Shown piece after piece: positions 25,041 through 37,093 of a stretch of DNA of 64,000 nt. The notes under the pieces are model-generated. The model worked only from the letters and a program-made list of their open reading frames with translations. It did no database searches and was not told the origin of the DNA. Origin of the DNA: Botryllus schlosseri. Lineage: Eukaryota. The stretch spans positions 33,852,001-33,916,000 of the forward strand of contig CM119373.1 of assembly GCA_051294905.1 (NCBI GenBank), written 5' to 3'. How positions within the stretch are numbered: the first letter of the stretch is position 1; each line of letters opens with the position of its first letter. Position numbers and translations under genes: made by a program.

Positions 25041-26530
25041 CTACCGCGAGTTATTCGGCCGCAGTTTTAATGGTTTCGCACATGCTGGACATTCTTTTAA
25101 TGCTACTTGGTCTTGTTTTAATTTAACTGTGTTTCCACATTTTACGCACAGCTGACATGTTTTCTTGCACACTGCACACTTTCTCTTTTCTCCCTGGACG
25201 GGCCTTTGTGCGACGTATACCATCGCCCCTTCCTTGCAACATGCCTTGAAGAGGTAGTGCTTTTTATAGCATGCGAGGCATGCGCTGTAATATGACTTCT
25301 TGTCATCTACCACCTTTGTGCCACAGTCTGCACATGGGAACTCCAGTGTGTCTTCCCAAGCAGGCAAGGTCAGACTCTGATTCACCCATTCTATTGTATC
25401 GTTTGCTTCAGAGTCTCTGCTTTCTTTTTCTGATCTGCTTCTGCTGCTATTTTTCATCGACAGCTTGCTGTCGCCCGTCGTAGTTCCCGATTCAGTACTC
25501 TTTCTACTGTTATTATAGCTTTCTCCACTCGTTTCTACGTGCATTCGCTGTGGCGTCAAGTGAACTATAGATAACTAACCAACTGATTCTCCAGCCGCAC
25601 CCTGATTTTCTTCCGTTACACCTTGCTGGTTTTCGTTAGAGCGGGGTTGCTCTGCCAGTTGTTCGACTTTTCTCCCATATATGGGCGTATTGTATTCATC
25701 CGCTCTTCTGTTCTGCCTTGTTTCGGTCTTTTTCTCGTTTTTTGCCGCGCCCATCTCTACCGCGTCATCTTGCGGTGGATCGGTCCAGACCAGTTTTTTC
25801 GCAACACTGAACTGTTTTTCAGCGTTTTTTGGTTCAAATGTCTCTGCATATTTGCTTGTATTGGTGTGGATTGTACTTTGCACACTGCATGTGCCCATCC
25901 TCTCGTGGCTCTGTTCATTTGACTTGGCTGCTTCTGCGGTTTTGGCATTTTTTGGTCGCATAGTTTCGCAATATGACCAGGTCTTCCACATTGCGCACAG
26001 GTAGCTATTTGCCCTCTGTGCCTGACTGCAATTTTCGTCCCATCAATGTAGATATAGGATTTGATGGGATATTCTTCCAGCGCTTTCTTCTCTATCAGTA
26101 TACTGCGTACTCCATTTTTATATTCCATATTGTCTCTTTGTTCAAAGATACTTTTGATTAATCCGTGGTTCATCCTGAAATATTTTTCTATTCTGCTATT
26201 TTCCATGCGTATCGGCACCCAGCTAAGGTACACCGCCACGTTTTCTGCTGCGTAAAGCCAATGACAGGGCAAGTCTGCGCCCTCCTTTTACTTTTGCACC
26301 ATATTTCTGTCTGCTTGGATTACAAGTCTCCTTTCTCTGAACATTATATCGATCTGTCCACTCGGGTATTTGATCAACCCTTCTATTCCCCCTTTATCGA
26401 TTCCGGCAAGCTCGAAAAACGTCAAAAGCTCCTCTCTTTCCGATATAAATCCCATTTTAACTCCCATGTCGCATGTTCTGTCGACATTCGATATAGATCC
26501 AGCCTTATTGGCATACGTTGTTTCTTCCAT
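25041..26530 (-). pseudogene. Decayed Tx1/L1-like ORF1 (gag-like CCHC zinc knuckle) with a C-terminal multi-CxxC domain, ~495 codons
   Basis: MEETTYANKA...VYLSWVP...KNGVR...IKSYIYIDG...VRHRGQIATCAQCGRPGHIAKLC. In-frame stops at 26288 and 25575 and one frameshift, probably in the A-run just after the knuckle. Confidence 0.75.
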
Positions 26531-26577
26531 TTTTCTTTTCTTCAACTGTATAGAATACGTTATCCGAGACCACCAAA

Positions 26578-26631
26578 CTAGTTGGCGTCCCCCTTTCCAA
26601 GGCCCTTGCTACCTTTTCCACGTCCAGACAT
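26578..26631 (-). pseudogene. H4: Histone H4 N-terminal fragment (17 codons plus stop)
   Basis: ATGTCTGGACGTGGAAAAGGTAGCAAGGGCCTTGGAAAGGGGGACGCCAACTAG = MSGRGKGSKGLGKGDAN*, 14/17 identical to H4 MSGRGKGGKGLGKGGAK. Confidence 0.85.
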
Positions 26632-27324
26632 GCCTGCTTGTTTTTTCCTTCTTTTTCCCGACAAAAAAGAATTTACAGTAGCGAATCGCCGTCTATGACG
26701 GTTCTGTGACAGAGTAATTACCAAAATATTACATTGTGAGCGATCGGTATCTCTGTATAACACCAAATCACGAGGGATCGCTATGTCTGAAGCATTATCC
26801 TGTGAGCGTTCGTAGGATTTTCAAATTATTTCACACCTTTTTGAATAAGCGTTAACTTCGCAAAGGATTACGGTTAGAGTAGAAATAAGTGGCAATTTGT
26901 TGGTATATAGGTCCCGCAGGTGGCGGTTCTGTTATTCGTCACTCATTGTACTTATCATGCAATTAGAGTTAGAACATAAAGCATCAAGTTGTTGTTTTCG
27001 AATCTTGATGTCGAGGTGATAAATTTACGCATTCAATTACAATTCAACTTCTGTTGTGTATTGAGCTATAGATCGATACGCCAGAAGTTGTATCTTGTGA
27101 GCGATCGTAGGATTTGCAATCTATTTCACACCTTTTTGAAGTGTTAGTCCGATACTCAGGAAATTGGGCAACAAACTGTTAAAACTGGATAAAATTACTA
27201 TATTATGAATGTAAGCCATTCTATATCACACGAGCAGAGTTGCAAATGTAGGTTGAAGCAGACGGACTGAAAACTGAGCATAATGGCATGGACTCAAGTC
27301 ACAACACTATAACTCGAACTAGAC

Positions 27325-27455
27325 CAGTGGTTCCCAACGTGGGCGATATCGCCACCCAGGGGGCGATTTGTCGGTCCAGGGGGGCGAAAATAGCCAAGGG
27401 GGCGATAGGGGGCGAAACGGACGACGGGGGCGATAGGGGGGCGATGGCGCGTTGA
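27325..27455. mobile_element. Left part of a hAT MITE (GGGGGCGA-motif family, same as 45129-45513)
   Basis: CAGTGGTTCCCAACGTGGGCGA plus repeated GGGGGCGA. Preceded by AACTAGAC, which recurs at 28515. Confidence 0.7.
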
Positions 27456-27473
27456 AATGGCTTTATTGGAGTC

Positions 27474-28460
27474 CATGACCATAACTGCCACACCCAAACC
27501 CCCAATTAGGATGGGGGACCCGAGCTCGAAGGGGGCCCACAATTATTTCGTGAATTAATATTAATTATTGAGTATTATTTTGAAAATTTAGGCAACTTTT
27601 TCAAAAGAATTTCGCGCTGCGCGCCATTTAGTGGTCGCATGGTTCTTTCTTATTGGATACCCTTCCTCCAAGAAATAATACGCATGCGTTATAGAAATGG
27701 GCATCTCGGCGTCAGCCATTATCACACCATGACCCACCAAGACATATGAAGTTTCAGGCCATGTAACATGCGACTCGGAGAAGTGTGCCAGAGCGAGAAA
27801 ACCTTGGCGGAAAAGGACTGTCCTTATGCTGACCGACTTCGATACATATACGATATACATATATATTTAATTGTCCATAGGCGCCTAAATGGCTGCCACC
27901 CAATGTTCATGACCTGGCAATCAGAACCCCACAATAATGCCATCTCGCAGAGAAAAATTAATTGCCAGTGCAGGAATACCAATTTGAAATCGTAGGCGTC
28001 TTTTAGTTTAGTACGTATGGGCGATTTGAATGTCTTTTGACATAGCAGACAGGTCACGAAATGTCATTACGTAACGAAGTCATTATACCCACGGGTCCGC
28101 CCGTACAAATATGTTCAATTATTATTTACGGGCCCTACATTTTCCAAGACACCTCACTCAGCTTTACCGGTAAATCTGAATACATGAGCAGAGAGAGGAT
28201 AAAAAATTGACAGTAACATATATGCAATTCCCGATAAAATTGACCGATTCAATCATGAATGATAGAAATTTTTCGCGCTTCTCGCGAATTAGGCCGACTA
28301 ACTAAAGAGTCCAACAATTCGTGGTGTGAAGTAGCGGTAAAGAGGTATCAGGGGAGTTTGATCTGAGGTGTGCAGAAGTTTGCTTTATCGCCCTATGGAG
28401 GGGTGGTCAAGACCAACGTATTGAAGGGGGGGGGGGGGGGGCTGACGAAGTGCTGTTACG
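27474..28460 (+). repeat. Second copy of element X
   Basis: Colinear with 3846-4665 and with the ~17074-17190 continuation. Confidence 0.6.
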
Positions 28461-28522
28461 GTCGTTTTGGAATCAAGTCGGAGAAATCACCTTTTTTGGT
28501 TAGTCAACTCACCAAACTAGAC

Positions 28523-28653
28523 CCTCTACTAGCTGTCTTGGAGTCGGACTTGAGTTAGTTGTGAATTGAAAACGACTCGACTTGACTCGAGTCATAACTA
28601 TAAAAGTGAGATTGACTTGTGACCCGGAACCTTGTGAAATGGTTGCAACCCTA
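28523..28653. mobile_element. Right end of a GACTCGAGTC-family hAT MITE
   Basis: gactcgacttgactcgagtc motifs, ends GGTTGCAACCCTA. Confidence 0.65.
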
Positions 28654-29126
28654 CCTCAAACCTGAAATGCAGTGCTTCGGACAATCATTGGTTTTGTTTG
28701 CCAGCGGCTGGATTTTGGGAGTAAGCCAGCAGTAAAGTAATCCAGACCCACATTGTGTAAGATCATCGGTATAACCAATGACTTGCTGTAGCGACCATAA
28801 AAAATATTGAAAACCTTTCAGACATTTAAATTATGCTTTTTGTCTATTTTTATCCCACTCAGTAACAATTTGATTGGCTCAAAGTAACACGAGAGCGCAA
28901 CACTATAAAATCGAGGAAAATTGGAGAGGAAGGAACACGAAGTCTGAATCGGGTGGGCTTACAGATAGTGAGAAAGCGTCATTAACACAGTTTTATAAAA
29001 CAACGGGTAACGGACAAAAAACTAAAGAAAAGAGCCATGCTTTCTCGCAAGATGTATATAAAACCAAACGCAAGATGTGTGCAAAATCACTAAAGTAAAA
29101 ATTTGATCCGTTAACGTTTTGTGGTG

Positions 29127-30741
29127 TCATAAGATGATTGCCGAAGCATGGATTCTATAATTCAGATATATCAAGTCATCACTATGCAAGTCTATCAACG
29201 AACTCAACAAATTACTTTTTGGATTGAACTCGAAGATATCATCGCAGAGCATTTTATCATTGTATCCACCACATATGTATATCTTTATGAGAATACAATG
29301 AGTTTTGAAATCCATTCATACATTCATCACTAGGTAGCCAAAGAATGTCAGCTGCATACATACAGTTCACAGTTTTTCCGCTAAGAAGGTGGATGTTCAT
29401 ATTCAAAGTACATGCACTTGCATGAATTCTCTGAACTGGCAATGATGATCCATGTGACCAAGTAGATGCTGAAAAGTTGAAACATTCCACATCCAGCACA
29501 AATTTTGATGAAAATATATCAAAACCACCAATTGCGTAAAGCTTATCCTTAGATATAGCGAAGGCAGACGCATCCACAATGGATTGCTTGTTAGGAAGTT
29601 TCGACCACTTGTTATTGATTGTGTCATATTGGGCCAAAGACTCGATCCGATTATGACTTGCTAAATAAAATTTCCCTGATTTATGTGCCACTACTTCACC
29701 GTATCGGTATTCTGGTAACGGACGTTCAAGTTTTATCCAGGGTGAATCATTTTGAAGCAAATTACGTCGGTACAAATCAGAATTGGTATCAATGACATAT
29801 ATGTAGCAGTCCATCACAACTATCGCGTTAAATCGTGTCATACTATTATTATAATTGAAACACCGTTGCTCGATCAAAGACTTTCTGTCCATGTCAAACC
29901 ACATAAAACGTTTAACTTTTCCGTTCGTCATTATAATGCCAGGAGTGCAGTCACCTTTGTAATCACTGGCTTCTACATCTGATCTCTCAGGTAGTGACTT
30001 CATGATGTACATCATGCATTCGGTGTATTTGGAAACAGTTGGTTGCTGAGATAAAAATTTACGATAGTAGACGGGGATTTTTTCCAGGTCGATGTGCTTC
30101 AGTAAATCAAAAAGTTGATCAGCACGATCCAAGTCCTCATTAACCCAAATCATTGACGCTTTGCATTTAATAACATCCAACACATGCAAATCTTCAGAGG
30201 AAATCAAATCCTCCAGGAAATCGAACTCAAGTTCCTTGAAATAGGATGTTTTCATGATCAAAGGAAAGTGATCGCGAGCAAAACTTCTGCATGCTTGCTG
30301 TAATTGCTGACAGAAATACTTCTCAGCAATATACCGGGTATCTAAAAACGAGTCTACGTCAAGATTTTCCTCCAGAAAAAGTGACATTGCATCGCATACT
30401 TTATCAATTCCAAACAAATGCGCCACATACATTAGTTTTTCCGTTTTTCGACTCAGAAAAGAAGCTTGTCCAGTGTACATGATTTCGATGCAGGTTATCA
30501 CACATTCAGGATCTACATGCTTCAAATCAACCATTCCCAACCTATTCTCTTTTGTGTCGTGATTGAGCATCTTAGCAAAATACTCAGAACTTGCGGCAAT
30601 GATGCACTTGTGAACAGAGATTTCCTTTTCTCCCGCTTTGATAATGAAGTCGCAATACTGTTGTTTGATTCTGAACTCGTCAAATTTCGATAGAAGGTCG
30701 AGGGCATGACCCGTTTTGCCAATATCCAGAAGATGCTTCAT
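29127..30741 (-). pseudogene. K1: BTB-BACK-Kelch (type A) with a 38-bp frameshifting deletion in the last blade
   Basis: 494-aa ORF 29257..30741 with BTB (YCDFIIKAGEKEISVHKCIIAASSEYFAKML), BACK and kelch GG motifs. The true C-terminus is out of frame in 29127..29315. K4/K6 contain the 38 bp missing at ~29316. Confidence 0.8.
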
Positions 30742-32106
30742 CCCAGTCGACTAGGTAGTTCCGAGTCAACTCAAAATATATAGCTGATTCAAAAACTTTG
30801 AGATAGGACACCAAAATATGATTCTGTAAAATCATAAACATGGTCAGTACAGTCGTGTGCAAGAATGAGTTTCGTCATGAAGGCATATCAACATATGAAT
30901 TGCAAAATAGATTGGACACAATACTTCCATCATTTTCCTTACAAATGTAGATGGGAGAAACTATATTCATATGTGTCAACGAAAAAACAATATCTTTAGG
31001 CTCTACAAATTTGAATACGAGTGATCGGGTCACAGTAGATACTATTAGTTGCACAAATGAAAACCTACAGAGCAAGGCACCTTCTGTGACTTGATGAAAT
31101 CTACATGTCTTGTTCTGCGGTGTATAATAAAATTCAGGAATACACGGTTGATCCGAAATACAGAAAGTTTGCCTAAAATTGTGCTAGTACTGAAAAAAGG
31201 GGCTTGGCACAATGATTTGAGTACTGAATCGACTATTATTGCTAATGATTCGAGACGAGTAGTGAGATACAGTCGGTTCAAGTACTGAAATTACCTGTTC
31301 CTGGTCACTATGAGTAATTTATCATCAGGAATTATAGTTTTAATAGTGTATATGGGTAAACTGTGAAGCCACGATCTTGTTCAACCCACACCGTTGTCAG
31401 AATGGCATGGTGAAAAAAAACGTATAATTTTTAATGTGTTGTAGAGCTGGCAATGTATTTTGTGGTCGCCTGAAACGTACGTCGTACATATTGGAATTTT
31501 TCACTTCATTCATACTTCTGTGATATAATCATCAGTGATACTTGAATACTCGACTCGACAATAAATACTCGATTAAGGACCATATCATTCCAGCACAGTA
31601 CTCAATTTCCCCCTACTAAGATGGCATGTGATGGTGCATGGAATGCAAACCGCTGCATCGAGATCAATCCCAAACCTCAAATGCAGTGCTTTGGACTATC
31701 ATTGGTTTTTGCTTGCCAGCGGCTGCATTTCAGGAGAAAGCCAACAGAAACGTAATCTAGACCCACGTTCTGCAAGATCTGCGGTGTAACCAATAATATG
31801 CTCTAGTGACCGAAACAAATATTGAACATCTTTCGGACATTTACCTTCAGTTTGAGTGCAACACGACAAAATCAAGAGGAATGCGAAAGTAAGGATGAAA
31901 AAAATTAATTAGATGGGCTTACGGATAGTGAGAAAGAGTCATGCACACAGTTTTACAAAACGACAGAATGCACACAGTTTTACAAAACGACAGATAACAG
32001 ACAGAAAACTAAAGGCAAGAGCTATGCTTTCTCACATGATGTATATAAAATCAGGGCCAAGCTATATGTAAAATCACAAATTTTTATTCGTGTACGTTTT
32101 GTGGCG

Positions 32107-33795
32107 TCACATGGTAATTGCTGCTGCATAGACTTCATGATTAAGAGATTTCAAGTCATGGCTATCCAAGTCTATCAACGTACTCAACAAATTAGTTTTG
32201 GGATTGAACTCGAGAATACTACTGCACGGCTGAAAATCACCACAGTATCCACCACATATGTATATCTTTCCGCCAATACAATAAGTACTTGAATTTGACC
32301 GCTCCAATTCGGGTTCTTTTACTGGAATTAACGTCCAAATACTTTCATCAAAGGGTAGACAAAGAATGTAGTTTACATACTCAGACTCAGACTGAGAGTC
32401 AGAGTCAAACTCAGAGTCAGAGTCAGAGTTCACAATTTTTCCGCCTAGAAGGTAGATGGTCTTATTATAGGTGCATGCACTTGCTTGAGCTCTCTTCGCT
32501 GGTAATGATGGTCCAACTGACCCAGTAGATGTTGAAAAGTTGAAACATCTTACATCCCGCACAAAGTTTGCAAATAGATCATAACCACCAATTGCGTAAA
32601 GCTTATCTTGAGATATAGTGTAGGCAGACCAAACCACTTTAGGTTGCTTGTTGGGAAGCTTCGACCACTTGTTATTGACTGTGTCATATTGTGCCAAAAA
32701 GCGGTTCGGATAATCATTTGCTAAATAAAATTTACCTGATTTACATGCAACTACAATATAGTATCTTGGAAATACACATCCAAGTTTTCTCCAAGGTGAA
32801 TCATTTTCAAGAAAATTACGACGGTACAAATCATAATTGCTATCAATGACATATATGCCGCAGTCCATCACAACTACTGCGTTGAATTTACTCATACTAT
32901 CAGTATATTTGAAATGTCGCTGCTCGGTCAAGGACTTCCTGTCTATATCAAACGACGTAAGACGTGAAACTTCCAGATTTGCCATTATAATACTAGGAGT
33001 ACAGTCACCTTTGTAATCACTGGCTTCTGAATCTGATTTTTCTGGTAGTGACTTCATGATTTGCATCATTTATTCGGTGGATTTGGCAATAGTTGGGTGC
33101 TGAGATAAAAATTTACGATAGTAGACAGGGATTTTCTCCAGGTCGATGTGCTTCAATAAATCAAAAAGTTGATCGGCACGATCCAAGTCGTCATTGACCC
33201 AAATCATTGACGCTTTGCACTTGATAACATCCAACACATTCAAATCTTCGGAGGAAATCAAATCCTCAAGGAAATCGAACACAAGTTCCTTGAAAGCGGA
33301 TGTTTTCATGATCGAATGAAAGTGATCCAGAGCAAAACTTCTGCATGCTTCCTGTAATTGTTGACAGAAATACTTATCAGCAATATACCTGGTATCGAAA
33401 AAGGAATCGACGTCAAGATTTTTCTCCAGTAAAAGGGACATAGCATCGCATACTTTATCAATTCCAAACAAATGCGCCACATACATTAGTTATTCCGTTT
33501 TTCGAATAGGAAAATATGCTTGTCCAGTGTACATGATTTCAATGCAGGTCATCACACATTCAGGATCTACATGCTTTAAATCAACCTTTCCCAACATGTT
33601 TTCTTTTGTGTCGTGATTGAGCATCTTTGTAAAATACTCGGAACTTGCGGTAATGACGCACTTGTGAACGAAGATTTACTTTTCTCCCGCTTTGATAATG
33701 AAGTCGCAATACTGTTGATTGCTTCTGAACTCGTCAAATTTCGATAGAAGGTCAATGGCATGACCCGACTTGCCAATATTCAGAAGATGTTCCAT
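32107..33795 (-). pseudogene. K2: BTB-BACK-Kelch with a distinct propeller (type C) and three nonsense codons
   Basis: In-frame TAA at ~33676, ~33490 and ~33070 where paralogs have E, E and C. Acidic SDSDSEFDSDSQSESE insert. Confidence 0.85.
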
Positions 33796-34294
33796 CACAG
33801 TTGACCAGTTTATAGCCAAAATATATACTCCACTCAAAATCTTTAGAATAATATCTGTAACTGTAACATCATACATACGGTGAGATTAGTTGTACTACAT
33901 TGATGCAACGGTATCATCATATTCCTAACATAAGGATAGGAAAGAAAATGCAATCCCACATGTAAGCAAAGAGTGATATCCTTGCGCTCAGGTGACAGAA
34001 GATAGACTTAATCAAAAAATCTAATGGTACAGGGCCAAGCACATATCTGGGTCTCAACAAAATCTACAGAAAGCAACAAAACACAGACATGTACACTTGT
34101 ACAGTGGACACAAAACGATGGCAGAAAAGTACGTACCAAGTAATAGCCTAGCACCTGGGAAATCAATGCCAAATCGCATCACAAAAACGTACTATAAAAT
34201 TGTAGTTTGTGATGCTAAACCACAGTTTCAGGAGAACCGATTTATAGTACTTGAACGAGTTACATATTTTGCAGCATCCACTAACAAGTAGTGC

Positions 34295-34800
34295 TGAGCA
34301 CAATTTAGTTCAGTTCAATAATAATTCTCTTCAATCCAAAACACGACTAGACTGCGATACAATGAAAAAATGGCAAGGTATCGAAACAATTTGGAGTAGT
34401 CTTTGAAATCAGACACCCACCCGGGCCTAAGCGAAGTAAATGGAAGGCATGCACACTGAACGAAGAGCAAAAGAATATAGTACAAAAAGACAAGAGACAA
34501 AATGAGGTGGCATGTGACGGAAGGCGAGATCGATATGTCACTTCATGGTCTGGTAGACTTGAGGACTGACTAGTGTTCCCTCAGTATAAATTGATTGTAT
34601 TTCAACTTGGATATGGACACGCTCTGGGAATGCCGGATAGCCGACGAAATGACGATTCGAATGCTTTAATCCAAACCATGTAACAAATGTTACGATCTGA
34701 GGTGAGAAGTGACAGATGTTTATTTTCTGAGTACGGTACTGAGATCGTACGCCCCTTTCCATGAAAAGGTATATCGTCAACGAGAGTTTGACGCTCTTTT
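34295..34800 (-). mobile_element. Degenerate LINE 3' end upstream of K2 (copies at ~41635-41960, ~49090-49590, ~56395-56720, ~63480-63990)
   Basis: Aligns with the 3' UTR and ORF2 tail of the LINE at 19330-19720 (gcgatacaatgaaaa...ggagtagtct...gacaccca...gaaggcatgcacactgaa...gcgagatcgata). Confidence 0.75.
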
Positions 34801-34971
34801 CTCAATGTGGAAGCGTCAAAACCGAATTCACAGGATCCAAAACTCATAGCACAGAGCTACGCAGGTTACTGATGATTAAATTTCAGCCAAGTCATAATCA
34901 ACCCACAGCATTATCACAAAGTGAAATGAAATCCGCATGGTCACAAAATACCATTTATTTACCACCTAGGC

Positions 34972-35354
34972 CAACGGTTCTCAACTGGTGGGGAATTCGA
35001 TGGTTGGTTTCTGGTGGGCTATAGACACATTTGTAAAAATAATATACAGGATAGTCCACCACACATGCGCGATTACCGTTACCAGTTAACTACTCTGGAC
35101 TGTATGAATCAAAACTCATAAATTGAAAGTGTCATCGAAGGACGCCTTTAGTCAACACAATACTATCGGTTGACAATTTTCAAAATCACCAGTTTTCTTG
35201 AAGCTTTCAGAATTCATAACAAGAGTCCTATTTTTGGGATCTCAAAATATGGTAACCTATTTCAAACGGTATATAGGAGTTTTGGGTAGCGGGGAATAAA
35301 GACTCGGAATAAATCTGAAATGGGAAATGAAGACAAAAGGGTTGGGAACTACTG
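34972..35354. mobile_element. hAT MITE (paralog at 49765-50158)
   Basis: TIR CAACGGTTCTCAAC (CAGTGGTTTTCAAC in unit 2) / GTTGGGAACTACTG; flanks ACCTAGGC/ATCCAGGC. Confidence 0.7.
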
Positions 35355-36022
35355 ATCCAGGCCTACATGAGGTGTAAAAGTGACGTTACATTTTTTTGTG
35401 GCTGCATTTAAGTTAGCCGACATATATTAACATAACCAAGGATTATAGTTCTATGATGCTATATTAAGTGATAGTTGAATAAACACCTGATTCTCCATCT
35501 CCTAACTCAGGTACTCGATTTTTCCAAGCCCTACTAACAACCATAAGAAAAACTTCAATAGTTTTTAAGCATGAGTATGATACTTGTACGCCTACACGGA
35601 CACAGACCAAGAAACACAGTCAGATAGCATGAAAATGCACAAGCAATAAACAGAGAATGATGGTATGAAAAAGCAATATAAATGCCGCTACATAGTTTAG
35701 TTGCTTGATAACAAAACTTGCTTATCGTGAAGATGTCAATGAATGCTGTGATACTACCTGCAACCAATAACTATAATTCAACAGCTTACTGTACTAGCTA
35801 GTTTCAAGATATCTCTCACAGTCTTATAGAACTTACAATTGAATTTGAAGAAAACGGTGAGTGTACTAAGTTCAATAACTTGGAAGTTAAGTTCATCCTT
35901 ACAAAACCAATGTGGTGCTGGTAAAGGTAAAAATAGATGCAACGCTGTAAATTTTATGGAATTACAAGTACAGTTAGCAATATCTAAGACATGTCAAAAC
36001 TAAAAATGACTGATGACACAAG

Positions 36023-36477
36023 CTGGGTTGATATGACTCGAGTCGCGAATTTCCGTCGACTTGACTTGACCTTGCAATTTTCTGTATTGACTTGCATAAT
36101 TCCCACGACTTGTGACATTGTATATGGCTTGATTTAAGTCTCGTGATCATGGACGATGCCCAAAAATAAGCTCGGAACCAGTGTTTTTGTTTATTTGAAG
36201 GGACATAATGAGATTGATAAAAACAAGGGTGTTACGAGTTGGAGCCATCGAAATCACCAAAGAACTTTAGAAATGTGACTTCAACGTGACTTGAACCCTA
36301 TAATAAACAAGGAAGACTATGGCTTGGACTCGAGTCTCAAGACTGTGACTTGAAGTCGGCTAATTTTTCTTAGACTTGGACTAGGACTAGACCAGGTGGT
36401 GAGTGGTAAATGACTCGCTTTCACTCGAGTCAAAGCTAAAAAAATTAATACTGACTCGTGACTTGGCTGCAACCCTA
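36023..36477. mobile_element. GACTCGAGTC-family hAT MITE (paralogs at 50823-51280, 42900-43359, 57643-58109)
   Basis: Ends C(T/A)GGGTTGA / GCAACCCTA; flanks GACACAAG/GACACAAC. The same insertion site is seen in all four sub-units. Confidence 0.8.
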
Positions 36478-37093
36478 GACACAACACAGAATAGTCTTTA
36501 AAAAAAGAATCCATCGATATATATTGTCGAATCCATGTGGTTTACATGACAATTTCACTCATAAATGTGGTAAAGCTTATTTCAAATTACTTTCAATTTC
36601 TCAAAATCCAAATTGTGAAAAGTAATAATTTTTACCTAAGATTTGTTAAAGTAGAATGAGTCTGAAAAGGACGTGGGAAAGTAGCACAAGTAACCTAAAC
36701 CTAAGCCTTTAGTACACTACACAGTCCACACCAACTCAAAAATATTCTACAACTGTAAAACAACGATGATACAGAACTCAGGGTGATTTGGTTTACGACA
36801 TGCAGACAACGCCTTACCTATAGGTAAAACCGTAATGTAAAACAACGATGGAATAAAAAATAAGAAATGTTGAGAAAACTAAGAGACTTTCATCCAGCAA
36901 AAGGCATGCAGGTTGGCATATTCTAAATGCCAAGTCAAGTAGATGACCAAAAAATATTATCCAGCATATTTAATATAGACATGCATATAGATTCCCCATG
37001 CATGCCACTTCACATGACATAAATGTCATGTAAGGCTTAATTCCGGTAAATTGAAGTGTAAATATAATAAGGTAATTCTTCCATACTCAAAAG

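Larger units (their letters stand above)
24887..26681 (-). mobile_element. 1.8-kb Tx1-like ORF1-only insert flanked by an exact 23-bp direct repeat
   Basis: CGAATCGCCGTCTATGACGGTTC at 24864-24886 and 26682-26704. Single-copy versions of the motif occur at ~15735, ~21737 and ~21934. Confidence 0.7.
22720..27200. repeat. Third, rearranged copy of foldback-family modules
   Basis: Terminus TAGTAGTAGTATAGATCG at 22720. 23040-23600 aligns with 11780-12250, and 26682-26930 aligns with 21730-21900 and 15640-15790. Confidence 0.6.

Noticed and set aside
26578-26631. Functional histone H4 gene
   Set aside because: Only 17 codons then a stop; no histone fold and no 3' stem-loop.
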